The notes below the pieces were generated by a model. The model was not told the origin of the DNA. It made no database searches and was given only the letters and a program-made list of their open reading frames with translations. A program made the translations under genes and the position numbers. Positions 25,975 through 40,129 of a DNA stretch of 64,000 bases are shown here, piece by piece. The DNA lies in NCBI RefSeq assembly GCF_000143415.4, contig NW_003314275.1, positions 186,001 through 250,000 on the forward strand. Reading direction: 5' to 3'. Every line of letters starts with the position of its first letter. Positions within the stretch are counted from its first letter, which is position 1. This DNA is from Selaginella moellendorffii (Eukaryota; Plantae; Lycopodiophyta).

Positions 25975-27946
25975 GTGTTTGGATCTCCAGTCAAAATGCC
26001 AAAATGCGCTTCAACCAAAGTGAATGTGAAGCAAGAGTCAGTCATTATCCTCTTGTCCTCTTTTAGTTCAAGTGGAGAAGTCATGCTAGTGTTGGCACCG
26101 AATTCATCAGCTCCAACTCCAGCTTCAGCTCCAACTTCAGCAATATTCAAAGCCATTAGCAATGCTTTCCAGTTTTCACGCCTCTCAATCGACGTGCACT
26201 TGTTTTTGTATAGGCTTGTTAATGAGCTTCCATCCTCCTACAACGGCAACATTTTCTTCAAGCTACCACCTCTTGTCAGCAGCACAAGTTCCAAACGAAA
26301 GGGGATGGAAACCAAGTAGGATGTCCACAATTGGTGCAAGATCAAAACCACACACTTCGAACATTTTGAAGGCATAGTATCTATAGTTCATTGTGGCGAG
26401 CATTTAAATTGTGTGGATGAAGCATGCAATCGAGACTGCTGTAGAAACTCTATATTTTTTGAAGGGTCCAATCAATCCTCCAGCTTGTGACACCATTGCT
26501 GTTGGATTCAAGTGTCGATTTTGCAAAAATGCTCCTCTATGTTATGCTATCTGCGAGGCTAAGATGTACTACTTTTTTCCACATGATGGAATGGCTGGAA
26601 GAGCTGTAGTGCATGTTGGCACACACATGCATCTAATGCAGGAAGGGATACAAAGGAGTTCTCTCAACCGTTTCAAAGATGTTATGCAGGAAGAGACTAT
26701 GAGAAACTTATCTGCAACTCTGAAGCATATTCAGAAGACCATCCTCAAGGATTTTATCACAAACACCTTACTCAATCCAGGTTGCCAAAAGACTCAACTA
26801 AACGAGGCTAGCTTGCGGGACTTACTACGAGGAGTACAACCTGCTACTAGCCTAAGGAGGTACATCCATTATATTTCATACGTTATAATAATAATTTTTT
26901 CTTATATTATATTGCTTAGGATAAAATCTTGGATATGTGAATCTCGAGAGGGGAAGTTGCAATCAAAAACTGACTCCATCCTTGAATTGAAATGAACTTG
27001 TCCATACAAGTTCATCCATGAAAGTTTGTTTCCAGACCAAGTTGTGAATGAGCAAGAGCGCCCCTTCATCTTCAAAATATCTACCATAGGCCCTACCTTT
27101 GGTGTAGATCTTGTCTCCCGAATGGACATGTTTGGGTCCAATAACCTTGCAAATGCATGGGTACATTTTGACCATATAGAGCGCGTATCGAGTTGGACAA
27201 CCATAGGAGCTCATGTGTATGATCCAAGGTAATTTTTATTCTTATTATATTGAAATTGTTATAATATTTGTGTTTTCATAGGCTATGCTGTAACTTAACA
27301 ATTGTGACAGCAGAGTTTAAAGTACAAGATCAGACAGCACAAGAAATATTTTGGCTCTCCGATATTGTCCTAAAGCAGACTGGTAATCCTGCAAACTTTT
27401 GCAGTTTCATGGTAGATGGGGCTGGTGCAAACTGGAATGGTGTCTGAACAGTTTTTGGGAATGGTCAGCCATTGGAAGGTCGTGAGAGGACTTGTGAGTT
27501 CCATTGGGCTCAAAGCCTAAACCAGCACTACCACCTTATCAAGACAGAGTTTCAATCAATATTTAAGGAGTTGTGCAAACAATGGCAAGTTGCACCTTTT
27601 GAAAAAGAGCATGAGGCAAAAGCAAATGAGATTCGAATATGGTGGCGTGAAGATGGCCATATAGACGTAAATTGCCTACCACAACTTGAGTCATGGTTAG
27701 GGTGGTGGGAAGTTAGGATATTCTAGTGGGGACATCACTCTTTTCATATTGGTTTCTATTTTTTCTTCTCCTTTTATTACCTCTTAATATTGCCCTTTCC
27801 ATTAGGATCAACCACTTGAGGACCTCGCATACACCCCAACTGTGAATCTCTCTGAAAGTAAGCACTGGAGTTAGCGTTCCTCTGAGGCAGGGAAAGGGAA
27901 GATGAGTCTATACAAAGCCTATCTATCAGATTTGATACGTGCTATA
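25975..27946 (+). pseudogene. MULE-like DDE transposase, 5' part (Cys/His-rich GCM/WRKY-like region plus catalytic core)
   Basis: FKCRFC...CEAKMYY...HVGTHMH, AWVHFDHIERV (D1), FMVDGAGANWNG (D2), RTCEFHW (CxxH), PTVNLSESKH (E). Short introns and several stops. Confidence 0.7.
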
Positions 27947-28606
27947 AAGCTCTATTTCGTTAAAGTGGGATTTATTCAGTAAAATGGGACTAGGTACAAA
28001 TTTTTAAGTATTTGAAAATGACATGAAATTATATGTTTTTTGTCCAGGGGCTAGACATATCTGGGGCATGGTGACTAGCACAGTGACTTTGTGTCCAGAC
28101 TGAGTCCATCTGGTTGTATAATAAATCTCATTGTCAAGGTGAACAAGCCGAATCTGAAGCTAAAGAAGAGCGATGGCATGCGCGCATACACTATTTGTTT
28201 GTTCATTGAGCGTGTGGTGAGCTTTCCAAGATGAACGTCATTCCTATTAGCCAGACATATAACTTAATGGTGAGAACATTTAGATATTATTCAATGTTAT
28301 CTTTTTCTAACGAATCTAATTGTGAAGGTGTAGCAAGAGGCATTGCTAGTCTGGAGAAGTCATTTAACTCATTTGACCCTTAGTGTATTTTCATGAAACT
28401 AAATAACATTCATATTATTAAGGAATTTCTCTAGTACCTTTTTTTTACGACATAGAGGCTTGCATTTCTTTCAAAGGTGATTTAGTAAAAGGCCTGAGGG
28501 CACATGCCATTCTATTTCTCAAACCGGTATTAAGATATACTAGTGCAAAGGGAAAAAGGTATTTGGTGATCAAGTAAATGGCATGAGGGCACACGCCATT
28601 ATAAGC

Positions 28607-28966
28607 CTAAGCGCTAGTGGACACCTCCTTTTTGGTACTCTCAGCGGTACTATCATCCTTCTCCGGGTCAATTGTTTTGCTTTGGATTGTTGTCTCTGAC
28701 GTTACTGGGGCGTTCTCCATAGTTGTTAATGTTGCCGTTTGTTTAGAAAAATGATCACCTGGAGTATAGTACGGGGAGTTTGGAAGACTTATATATTCTA
28801 CATCTTCACCTATCTCCTTCTCCGTCTCCTTTTCTACCTCACTTACAGATTTTGTGCTTGCCATGAAAACGCTCTTCACCCTAAAATATGGAGTTCGTTG
28901 TGTTATAAAAGGAAACCAACACACACGCTGCAAGGGAATGATGGTACATAAAGCACGTAAGCCCAC
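28607..28966 (-). CDS. Small acidic Ser/Thr-rich ORF near the left end of the transposon, function unknown
   Basis: MASTKSVSEVEKETEKEIGEDVEYISLPNSPYYTP...; flanked by palindromes; no family recognised. Confidence 0.3.
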   Translation of the reverse strand: MGLRALCTIIPLQRVCWFPFITQRTPYFRVKSVFMASTKSVSEVEKETEKEIGEDVEYISLPNSPYYTPGDHFSKQTATLTTMENAPVTSETTIQSKTIDPEKDDSTAESTKKEVSTSA

Positions 28967-29577
28967 AATATGGGTTTATGTGCCATTAATATGGGCCACA
29001 CGCCATATTATTAAAGTTATGCACGTGTGATTGGTAAATGCATATGTCACATCATCTTTGTTTTACCTCACACACTATATCAGGCCTAATGAACCATATC
29101 ACATGTGCGCACATGCTATATATATGGAGAAGTATTATGCAAGGATAGAAAAATTCAATGCATGATTGTGGAGAGCAATGGCATGAAGCCACATGCTAAA
29201 TAACATTTTAGAGAAAGAATTAAAATAAAAACATGCAAACAGTACTGAGTGGACCAAGACTTAGAAGTGCACAATTGAATGAGGTATTTCTAATAAATAT
29301 TTCACTCACCTCATATAGGAATGGCTACCACTCTCAAATGGCGTATCGCCTCATGCCATCACCTCGCAATTTGTTATAACAATCCGATGAATTCATATTC
29401 GGCTTGTTCACCTTGAACTTTAAGTAAGATTTGCTAGAACAACTAAGAATTTATACTTGTTATTTGTATCATCTCACCTAGGAATGGCGTAAGGCCACAT
29501 GCCATCACGTCTCCTTTGATTCAGATTCGGATTGTTCACCTTGAAATAAAATACATTAGAAACTTAGTAAAGGAATA

Positions 29578-32386
29578 TTAATGAATCTCACCTTGAACCC
29601 GGGTTATGAATGCTCTTGCTGCATCTCTTGCATGGTCTGGCAAGGTGATGGTGGCACTCTGCTTCCGCATCCAACCATGCACAACATTATCCACCGATAT
29701 GCTCATGCTGGGATCCCTTGGATTCAGCACCCATCTCTTTTCTAGGCAATCCTTCGTATATACGGAACTTGGCTTGAACCACTCCACAGTTACATTGAAG
29801 GAGTTAGTTTCTGCGTCCTCCTCTGCATCAGTGATGCAGCGCCCCACCCATATCATTTGTTTTTTATTACTGGGTCTGACAAGCACGACCATTCCTTTGC
29901 AGACCTGTATTGGATTGAATGCTGAATCCAGCTTCTTGTTCCTCGGCCCACAATAGTGATCCTCAACATCGTTATCTGTCACTGCATTTCCAGAGGACAT
30001 TGTTCCGCTACTATCTGGTGCTCTGGGTTCTGGCCAAAAGGACTCTTCCAATTCTTCATATACAACCGGCCCATTTTGGATAGCAGATATAATTTTCTCC
30101 CAGTATTCGATCAAAGGCTTGCACCTCTGAAAATAGGATTCTCCACCAAACACCAACCCCCTCTTCCAGAAGGCAATATGCTATTCACTATACTTTCCTG
30201 GTCTTTGAGTCCATCCGGGTGCATCGGCCGTGGGGAACCCTGAGGAATCATAGGTTCCCCAGTTATAGGATCTCTCTTGAAGAGTTCAATGCCGTCCACT
30301 GGCAGCCACACTGTGTCCCATTCTCTCATCTTGTACCTCATTACTGGAGCACCGTCACGCATGCTGAAATGAAACTGAAGAGGCTTGGAGTGGCCAATCA
30401 GCGTTTCGGATCCGTCCCTGATGTAGCCTCTTACAAACCCCTTAAAGTCTGGAACCTTTGTCACAAGTGCAGCTTCAACAGTGCCTTTGATGCAATTTTG
30501 GAATTCATCATAGAGTTGTGGGAGGGTGAGGACATTGGATCGCCGGAGGGACTCTGCCAGGTGACTGAACATGGCATCGACGTCTTCATGAGTGTGCCCA
30601 ACCATGAGAAAGCCAAGTGTAACCGTTTCAAATATGCCTTTGGCCACAAGCATCGCCAAGTATGCGAAGACGTACATGTTTTTGTTCTCATTGCCAGCAT
30701 TGTCTGTTTAGAGTAGAAGATGGGGTGGAAGGCCACATCGGCCGCAAGAACTTCCTTGAGATTCTGCTTCGTTTGGATGAGGCTGTGCATTCACCGGGCG
30801 ACCAGCCTCGTCGGAATGGCATGAGGCCTCACGTGATAACCCTACAATCTGACGGCCAACATATTCACTGGGATGGCATGGGGCCCCACACGATACTGCA
30901 AGCCTTTGCTCCTCCTCCAGCTGTATGGGGTTCGATCGACAAGGGCCTTATGCAAGGGTTGGCCGTTCAGCTCAGTCTGCGCACTTTGCAGAGACCTTAA
31001 GTGTTTTGCTAGGGACGCAATCATCATGTTTGCACCCCCGCCACCCCATAGAGGTACAAAGAAGTTCCCATAGTTCTGGGCACCATGCCTATGAGCGATT
31101 ATGCCAAACAGAGACACAGGCAGCTGCAGGGGTTAAGAGATTGCCTTGGGGGCAGGATTGAGTCGAGGTAAGCACGTCTTTTTCTGGTCCATTTTGTCGT
31201 GGATGATGCAGAGGTAAGAGTCAGGTCTCTCCATGGAGAGAATCCTGTTATAATAATATGCAGTCCTGCAGCTTCTCTGCTCGATGTTGTGGTCGAGCCG
31301 CCTTCTAACCAACGTCTCTCGCTCTTGAGCGCTGCAAGAATTCTTCGACAAATCCATTTTGATAGTAGTGCACTCGTCACACTTTGAAAAGCTGGAGTAC
31401 TTTCCTATACTCACATCCCTGAACCTGTTGCTCCACAATCTACTAAATCTAGATTGGCTCAGCTTCCTGTAGCCATTACTCTGGAGTTCCCGATTCACAT
31501 CTTCCAATATGGCCCCCTTGGTATACATGGAAGGGAGAACTCGTTGGGTGTCTCGTGTTCCATCTTCCAAGAGGCAGGTTTTATGTGGTTGCTGCTCGCT
31601 ACATGTCTCGACAAACCTCTTGAAGATTGCCTCTCCATATACAACATGACCCTTGGTTTTGTGCGTACCGTCGTTCCCATGGACTGCCTGTTGAACCCTT
31701 TGTTCCTCGAACTCAGTTTTGATTCTGTAGAATGTGGTTCGAGGGACTCCATAAATGATTCTCCATGCCTTCATGCAGACCAAACCCCTCTGGAAGACCA
31801 TGCCCCCCACATGATGTTCTGAAGTATCAACAGATGACCGTAATGCCTCATACACAAAATTGCGAGCTGCCTTCCAGGACAATGTCTTGTATCTTGCTCT
31901 CTCCTCTTCAATAGCATCCCAATCAGCATGTTGATAGCACCTCCTCTTCCAACAAGCAACTATCGAGACCATTCGAACCTCCATCGCCATTTTCTGCCTT
32001 TTCGGTTTGTTGCTCAGATCCCTTTGGCTGCGTTTTAGGAAGGTGTACTTTCTTTTCCCATGAAGAGATGTTCTGTCATCAGTTGTAGTGGTGTTTGATT
32101 GTGAATCCTTCACATTCTCAAACACTAAGTGCCTCAATTTCCACCGCACAATGCTTCCAATAGTCAGACTGTTTTCTTCTGTGTCAACAACCTCTAAAAT
32201 CGCAACTCCAATATCATCCCAGCCCAATTCTTGATTAGCAACCGCATCTCTTGGATCGACAACTGTGGCTAAGCCCTCAGCTACCACCTCCCCCTCGGGG
32301 TTGTTTAGAAACACCTTTGCCTGAATCCATGTAGCACGGTTCTTAAGATCCACGGAGGGAACATGTGTCGCACTTGCGGAGGCCAT
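29578..32386 (-). pseudogene. Sola-like DDD transposase, copy B (N-terminal deletion, stops, frameshifts); includes the C-terminal domain that lies outside the window for copy A
   Basis: ORFs 31133-32386, 30842-31117, 30111-30677 and 29578-30156 are colinear with copy A. The C-terminal segment GMVVLVRP...IWVGRC...VTVEWFKP looks like a BAH/SH3-type barrel (weak). Confidence 0.8.
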
Positions 32387-34994
32387 TCTGAAAGTGCAGA
32401 AAAGAAGTTAAGACCATACAAAAAATGATTGGAGAATGGCCTAAATCATAACATACCAAACAACCTCAATAGCATGAGGCCACATGCCATTATTCAAACA
32501 TGCTATTGACACCCACGTGAAATTTCGCATTCACAAAATTGGCATGAGGCCTCATGCCATCTTGATATACACACAGCTGCAGGCAAGTAAAAACATACAT
32601 GACAATACGCTAGCCATGAAATTGCAAGGGCCCAAGATGGCATGTGGCCTCATGCCATTTCTAAATGTGGTCCTAAGCCATTCCATGGTGAACATACCAG
32701 GAAGCACAAGTGCCGAATATCAAGAGGAAGCGGTAGCCACACCAAAGATAGTGCCGCTCGCAACACCGCAACTATTCGTAACGCCGCTCACAACACCGCA
32801 ACTGCTCGTAGCGCCGCTCGCACAAACTGCCACTCGCATAAACTGCCGCTCGCAATGGCGCTCGCAATGCCACAACCGCTCGTAGACGCATAAACCACAG
32901 CCCACAACGCCGCTTTTACAAGCAGTGCTCACTGCGCTCAACGGAACCAAGAACACGGCGCACAAAAATGATAGACCTAGGAATGAGTTCGAGAATTCAA
33001 AAATAACACACGCTTGAACGTCACATCAAATCCTCTGACAAACCAGATCTTATGATTCCTCTGACAAATTTCAAACTGAGTAGCTTCTAGACTTTGCTGT
33101 CGAAGGTTGAACTTTGTCACATCATGTCCTTGCCTCGATCCAGCTGTGCCATGTCAGTGATTCGAACTTTGCCATGCCATGTCAGCGATCCGCGCCAAGA
33201 TTATTCGCCGTGTAAAGGAATAATTATGCTGTGTGTGTACGTCCATTTATGGCAATATAAGGCCACACGCCATTCAAAGAATAATGCTAGTCGAGCATTT
33301 TTTGGTGCATTTTTGGGTTCAAAATTGCATGAGCCCACACGCTATAAAGTTTACCTATACCAAAAATAGAAACAGCTTTATTTACTTGGGAATTTAAGTG
33401 GTTGAGGCATTTTTAAACTTACAAACACATGCCCTACTTACATTCCTTTGGTTGCTTAAAATTCAAAAATATTATAAACCTTTCTTTTTGCATTTTCAAT
33501 GTTTTCAATTATGGTTTTTGATTTTCACAGGACCAGCCTAGTAATCTATTTGCATCCCGTCATGTTTATAGCTAGCTTTCGTTTGTCCCCTTCGCTAGCC
33601 TGAGATACATCTGCTCGGCATCTGCCTCTTACAGCATTTGCCCAGAAAGGGCATCTTTCTTCACGCAGCATTTGCCACATATTTAGGGTTTAGGGTTTAG
33701 GGTTTAGCAATTCAGTAGCTTGATAAACATGCAAATACAGAACTTGATGCAAAATCCTTTGATATGTCACAATGCCCCTAGGACCATAAACACATTTCAA
33801 TAGAGAGGGTCCTTTCATTTCATAACTTCTTACGTAGATCTTGGTGAAACCAGAGTTAGTGAAGTTAGTTTCTTGTGATCCAGCATCTGATTGTGATGTC
33901 CCTTTGCAGTGTCGATGGAAAGGTCAATGCACACCAAACTGTAAAATCTTGGAGCAAAATAACGGTCGGATCTATGGTAAATGCCCCTGAAACATTGTAA
34001 GGCTTGTGTGGTCTCATATAGTGTCCGATCGAGATGCTTCTTTGCAGGGTCATCAAGAAAGACATTGTATACCATTCTGTCAAATCTAGTTGCGATCTAA
34101 CGGTTGGATCTCCAGAAAACTCAAAAAAATCTCGCACGTGTTAGAATATTCTAGGAATATACTCCTATGTGCCCCTGAAAATGGCATGTGGCCCCACGCC
34201 ATTCAAGAGATAACGCCAGATGACGCCGAGCATTTTTTGGTGCATTTTTTGGGATCAAAATTGCATGAGCACAAAATTACATTGTATACCATTCTTTATT
34301 TAGCTGAACATCTGGCATTTTTGGAAATACAAGATGCTTTGGAATATCCAATCATGTATGGTATAAATATAGCGAGGGTATTAAATGATATCCCAATCAT
34401 GATCTTTCTTTTGGATTTCACATGCATGCAGTCCGAGGAATGATAACGTTGCGGATTTCTTTTGGATTTCACGTGCATGCATGCGCGCGGCGACCCAGAA
34501 ATTAATGGTGGCGCCCAAGTCCGAGGAATGATGACATGGCGGGATTACCAACTGTCGTGACATTTCGTGCGTGTGAGGTTAGGTTTTGCATTTTGCATCG
34601 TACTCGCGCTCGCACACTCGCGCTCGCATCGCGCTCCCACTCGCGATCACGCTCACATTCGCGCTCATCTACCTTCTCTACAGGTTTCTCGTGTGCATCG
34701 GCGTCCACTCGCGCTTGCATCACACTCGCGCTCGCATCGCGCTCGCATCGTGCTCGTGTGCATCAGCGTCCACTTCAAGACACACCCAGTTTGTAACTTC
34801 ACCGCCAACTCTGCCGCCCACTCTGCCGCCCACTCCGCCACCCACACGCAGCCCACTTGGCGTCCCAGGAGATTTCAGCGCCACTCTCCAACTGTAAGTG
34901 GCAGAGTAGCCTTGCTGCTACGATCCACTGCACACACAGTGCACATTCGCCAGCGAGTCCGGCCTCGATTGTCACGGCCTCCATTCGGCTTCAA

Positions 34995-37900
34995 ATGGTA
35001 AGTCTTTTAGGCCAAGTAGAAAATGGCATGAGGCCACATGCCATTCAGTAGCAACATTGGCATGCACCGATTGGGCTCTCGAGTGCAATCCGGTTACAGA
35101 TGGCGTGTAGCCTCACGCCATCTTAGGATGCAGCCTCAAGACATCTGATGCAGTGGTGAATGGCGTGTGGCTTCACGTTATTTCCAGCTGCTAGCTTTTC
35201 ATCTGTCAGCTCTAATTGTTGTGCATTTCTGAACAGGCGAGGAATTGCGTTCTTCTTCCAGCCACTGTCAATGTGGATGTAGAGAAGGGGGAGGAGCTCA
35301 CCAGTTGGACTTTCGGGATGGAAGGCGAGGATCTGAGGCTATACAGCATAGATGGTGGCAGAAAAGAATGCATAGGGATCCTCATCCAAGTGACAGACAC
35401 TCCATGCAGTTCCATGCAAGAATATGGACTGGCACTTGTGGTAAAGATAGCGTCCACCTTCAAGATCCACCTTGCACATCCTAGCGGCTTCCCGGAGGGG
35501 GGCAGCGGCTATGAGGAATTCCTAGAGGGAGCTAGGGAGAGGTTGTCCAGGAGGCCCACAATTTCAAATACGCTGCGGGTCTATGAAGATCACATGGAAT
35601 CCACGGACCTCACCTACGGCGATGTTCAAAAACTATATTCCAACATTGAGCCGTTGAGAGTGCCTCCAGTTCGCGAAGCGAAGGGGAAGGGGGTCGATCT
35701 GGAAACTACCCCGAAGCAGAAAAGGGTGGTCAAACTCAAGCCGACGTCTGACTCTCCTGCAGCTCCAAAAAAGAAGCTACTCGGTGATGCCATTGCCTCG
35801 GGTTCGAACACTACACCCACCAAAAAGAAGAGCCGCAAAGAGCAGAAAGAGCAAGAAGAGGCAGCAAAAATCGTCGCAGATAATAGTACTTGTTACTATT
35901 CCAACAAAGTATATACAATCGACATGAGCCGTATAGACATCCAAAGCAAATACAACCACAGGCTAGTATCTGATGAGTGGGTGGAGAAACTAAAGCAGAA
36001 GATGCTGGCAAGTCCAGTAACACCCGACATCGCAGACATGATCCCCTACGACCGAACAATGAAGGGCGAGACGAGGTTTCCAGACTTGATCAATAGGAAG
36101 GTGTTGGACGATCAGAACATCCGGTTCTATGCCGTCTCCGGGCAGCATTCTAGCTTGGTGATGCAAGAAATAGTTGTGGATATTATGGTGGGCGAGGAGG
36201 TGAAGAAAGTCTTCAAGACAAGAGTTGTCCGCCTGATAAAAGGCAACTCGCCCCTCCGATCTATCATATCCATCTCCCACGCGCAGAATGTCAAACAAGA
36301 AACGTGCTACAAATCGGGTCTGCACGAGACATTGGCACGAACACGGAAGCTCTGGGTTCAACTGAAGAAGCCACAAAAACCAGGACAAGGACGTGCACTA
36401 GCAACTAGCGCTTGGCAGGTAAGCCTCGTTGCATGTGGCATAGCATGTGGCCTCACGCCATTTCCATTGCAGGAATTCTCGAGTCTTCTCTCGAAAACAC
36501 TGGGGGTCAATGACACACTCAGCATCCATAACATTCTACTCGCGACAAAAGTTGTTTTTGACAAATGGGTAGATGTGCTGAGGAGGTACCATGACGGGGA
36601 GTTGCTAAACTCAATGGGTGTGGAGGACGGCCGGAAGCCCAATGATTTGAAGCTCAACGCCTTGCGTTTCTCACGGTCTCTAGACGACGACGACCTTCTG
36701 ACAGTGGTTAATGCTCTTCTACGTGGTGAGGTAGTCTTCAACAAGACCAAAATGACTCCCGGCCATATTGTGACATACGAGGACTTGTGCACGACTCTGA
36801 GAGCTCGTGCGCTATTGAAGGATTGGATCTTTGAGCAAGTGGCCGTGGAGAGGGTGAGCATCAACACCATGCAAGAGATGATGGAAGAGCTGGAGTTGTC
36901 AAATGAAGACATCGACGAGTACGTGAAGGGGGCCCCCAAGTTCATCGATCTGCTGCGGGATGCCACGAAAAGTAAAGCTGAGAAGTTGGATTAGTATCCA
37001 AATTTCATTAAGAGGGATGTCGACCACCGGCTTCAGAAACAGCTCGACCCCGCAGCAGAGGCCTATCGAGAACCTTACCGGGTATACGTGAATTCGGATG
37101 AGGATCAAAGGTGGAGGAGCATTGTTTCCCGTGGAGATGAGCAGGTCAAGAACATCTTTTGTGTGATGGACTTCACAAACGAGGAGATCACTCATGCAGA
37201 CGAAGTCAGCTCCATCATTGACTTAATGGTGGGACTTGCGGAGGTGGAATCTTCAGTCCACTATATGATCTACGACTCCGAATCCTATCACAAGTTTTGG
37301 AAGGCCTTGAACGAGGTGAAGGGTCGGTTGAAAGGCAAGGAGATGCAGGAGATCCATGGGATAATGGCTAAGAAGAAGATACCGACGAATGTCTGCATCT
37401 TCACACTCGCCCTTGTTATTGGTCCTGCAGCAGAGTGGGACTGGAGTGACTTCCCAGCTTCGTTCGACAAGGCCGATTGAATTGATCTGAGGGAGGTCAA
37501 TTTACCCGTGCCTGAGGAACTGAAGACGGCTATGGAGCTTTCGAATCCAGAGAAAGCTCCACGTGCAGCATGGGAAATGCTCAGCTGGGTCTTCAATGCA
37601 ATAACACCTGCTTCTGACTCCAAGGGCAAATGCGTTGTCGAGTACTACTGCGGCGGACTATTCTTTCGAGCCGCACTACTCAAGGGTGTCCCGTGTGTTG
37701 CGGTGACAAACTCCATTGAAGAGGTGACTTCAATGAAGCATATAATTACAGTTGCCAAAGAAAAATAGTATCTTCTCTGCAAACCTGATGAGTACGCACT
37801 TTAAGTTTAAATGTTATCTCACAAGCTCTGTATGCAGGAGCGTGGCCACCCCCAGATGCTGAAACGGCGTTAACAGCTATTGTTGGGCCGAGCTCACAAC

Positions 37901-40129
37901 CTGCACAAGGTAAGGTCACGTGAGGCCTCACGCCATTTTGATTATAGATCATTGTGAATATTTAGACACGAGGACTGAAAAGCGCACTGGTGGCGCGTCG
38001 AAGAAGGACAAACAGACAAGCAATAGGAAAAAAGGAGGTACAAATTATATTTGCAATGGCGTGTGGTCTCATGCCATTCCTTGCAGGAGACACTTCTTCA
38101 AAGGCAAAACAGGCAAGCACCAGCCAAGCTCAAACTGACAGTGGTCATAAAAAGCGAAAGCACGTTGGACAGTCGTCGGGATCAGAGGCGTTTGCTCCTA
38201 AAGAAGAGGAGGACGAAGAAGAGGAGGACAAAGAGGACTTGGTCGGTCCTCACAATGGTGACGATCACAATAACGACGACGATGATGATGACGACAATGG
38301 CCAGCCTGAGGTGGCCAAAGAGCAGCGGAGGAAGGTCATACAAGACAAACCATCAGGTAAATAATAGTACATCCATTCCTAACCTTTTACCATTTCTAAC
38401 ATTGTCCATGTAGGTTGCAAAGCAAATGGTAAGTAGGGATTATTCAGTTGAATTAAGATACAAACTCTAGCCTTTAGTGTCGAGGAAGGATAGTGCCAAC
38501 CAAGGGTCGAAACGTATGTCCAATCCTTCAGAATCAGTAGTGCGCCCAAGTGATATCGGTCCTAGTTCCTCAATAGCAGTTGATGGTAAATCGAGTATAG
38601 TCGATTCAATGTGCTAATGAGTTTGTTTTTAGTAGCCAGTAGGGAGGATACCATCTCAATCGAAGGGAGATATTTGGACATGCATATGGATCCGCCAGTG
38701 GACTCTACTTGCCTGCAAGAGTCATCAGAGCTGGTGGAGGCTACTATCCATATCAACGCCAAGCAAGCTGACCACGCTCCACTTGATGCTGCCCATACCA
38801 CTGAGTCAATCTTGTCCACGTATCCAACTGACGGTGACCAGGCGCCATTGGACCCGCATGAGCCGCCCCAGCCGCCGAACCGGTCGTATCCTCATTTCCA
38901 ATGGACTCAACGTGTGCCCAATCGTCTGACTACGCGCCGTTGGAACCTCCCTACACCGCCCCTGTTGCCTGTTCGGTCATGTCCACTTTGCCAATGGAGG
39001 CACCAGCTGAAATGGCGTGTGATCACACGCCATCGAAACCACCCCATGCCACTGTTGAGCCAGTTGTACCAGAGTCTACAGCTGAAATGGCATGTGCCCA
39101 CACGCCATCGGATGCGATTGACCCCACATTGCAGAGGAGAGTATTTCCGCCCTTCACGTTTCCTCGACCAAAACCCTCTGAACGACCATCGGGAGCACCA
39201 TTCGCTAATATTGTAGATGGTAAAATTGACTTGTACCATTTTTTATGCTGACGCATTTCATTTCAGAGTCATGGCGAAAGTACTGTATCGTTTTTGATCT
39301 GAACGGTGTCCTTTTCTCCCATGAGCGTGGCTCGTCCTCGAATGTCACTGCACCCTCCAAAGCCTGCGGTCGCAAGTTGGTCAAAAGAGACAGATTCACA
39401 TTAATCACACGGGAGAAACTGCAGGATCTAATAATGACCATGCGACACTTAAAACAGAGGGCCGGGTTCAATTTGCAATTGGGAGTTTGGACATCCATGA
39501 TGCGCCACAATGCATTAATGTTGCTACAGATGATGCACGATCAGACGCGAGTAATATTACCATTTGACTTTCTCCTAACGCAGGAGGATTGCTTGACTAT
39601 GGTCCATGTGAGGGGTAGCAAGCCCATCTTCGTCAAGCCAGAGGCTGTAGTGATGAACCGGACTGCTAGGTCAAGTGAAATCCTCATCATCGATGACTCG
39701 CCGACTAAAACTGCAGCGAACACGCACACATATGCAGTGCACCCCATCTCTTGCAGTATGGAAACTAGGGAGAAGAAACCATATGTTCTGGGGGACCTTG
39801 CAAAACGGCTTGGAGCGATGGTGATAGAGAACCGGCCAGTCCAGGAGGTGGCTGCAGAAATCAACCAAATGGCAGATGGAACGGTATATCAGAAGCCATT
39901 TGATTGGACAGACACCAGTCATCATTTATGGCATGTATATTGTCTAGCCAAGCACTATCCGCATCTCCATAATCTGCTCAATCGGATGGGTTCTTCCACC
40001 ACTGAACATGAGCGTGGACGTATTAGAGAAGAGATGGCATTACTATTGGGTTTAAATCCTGATAGTGTGGAGAGTGATGAAATTCCAAGATTATTGTATA
40101 GGCGTTGGAGGCAAAAAATAACAGTCTGA
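34995..40129 (+). pseudogene. ParB-MTase-HAD cargo gene, copy B (stops ending at 36994, 37480 and 37768; deletion near 38195)
   Basis: Colinear with 5683-11285. Confidence 0.8.
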
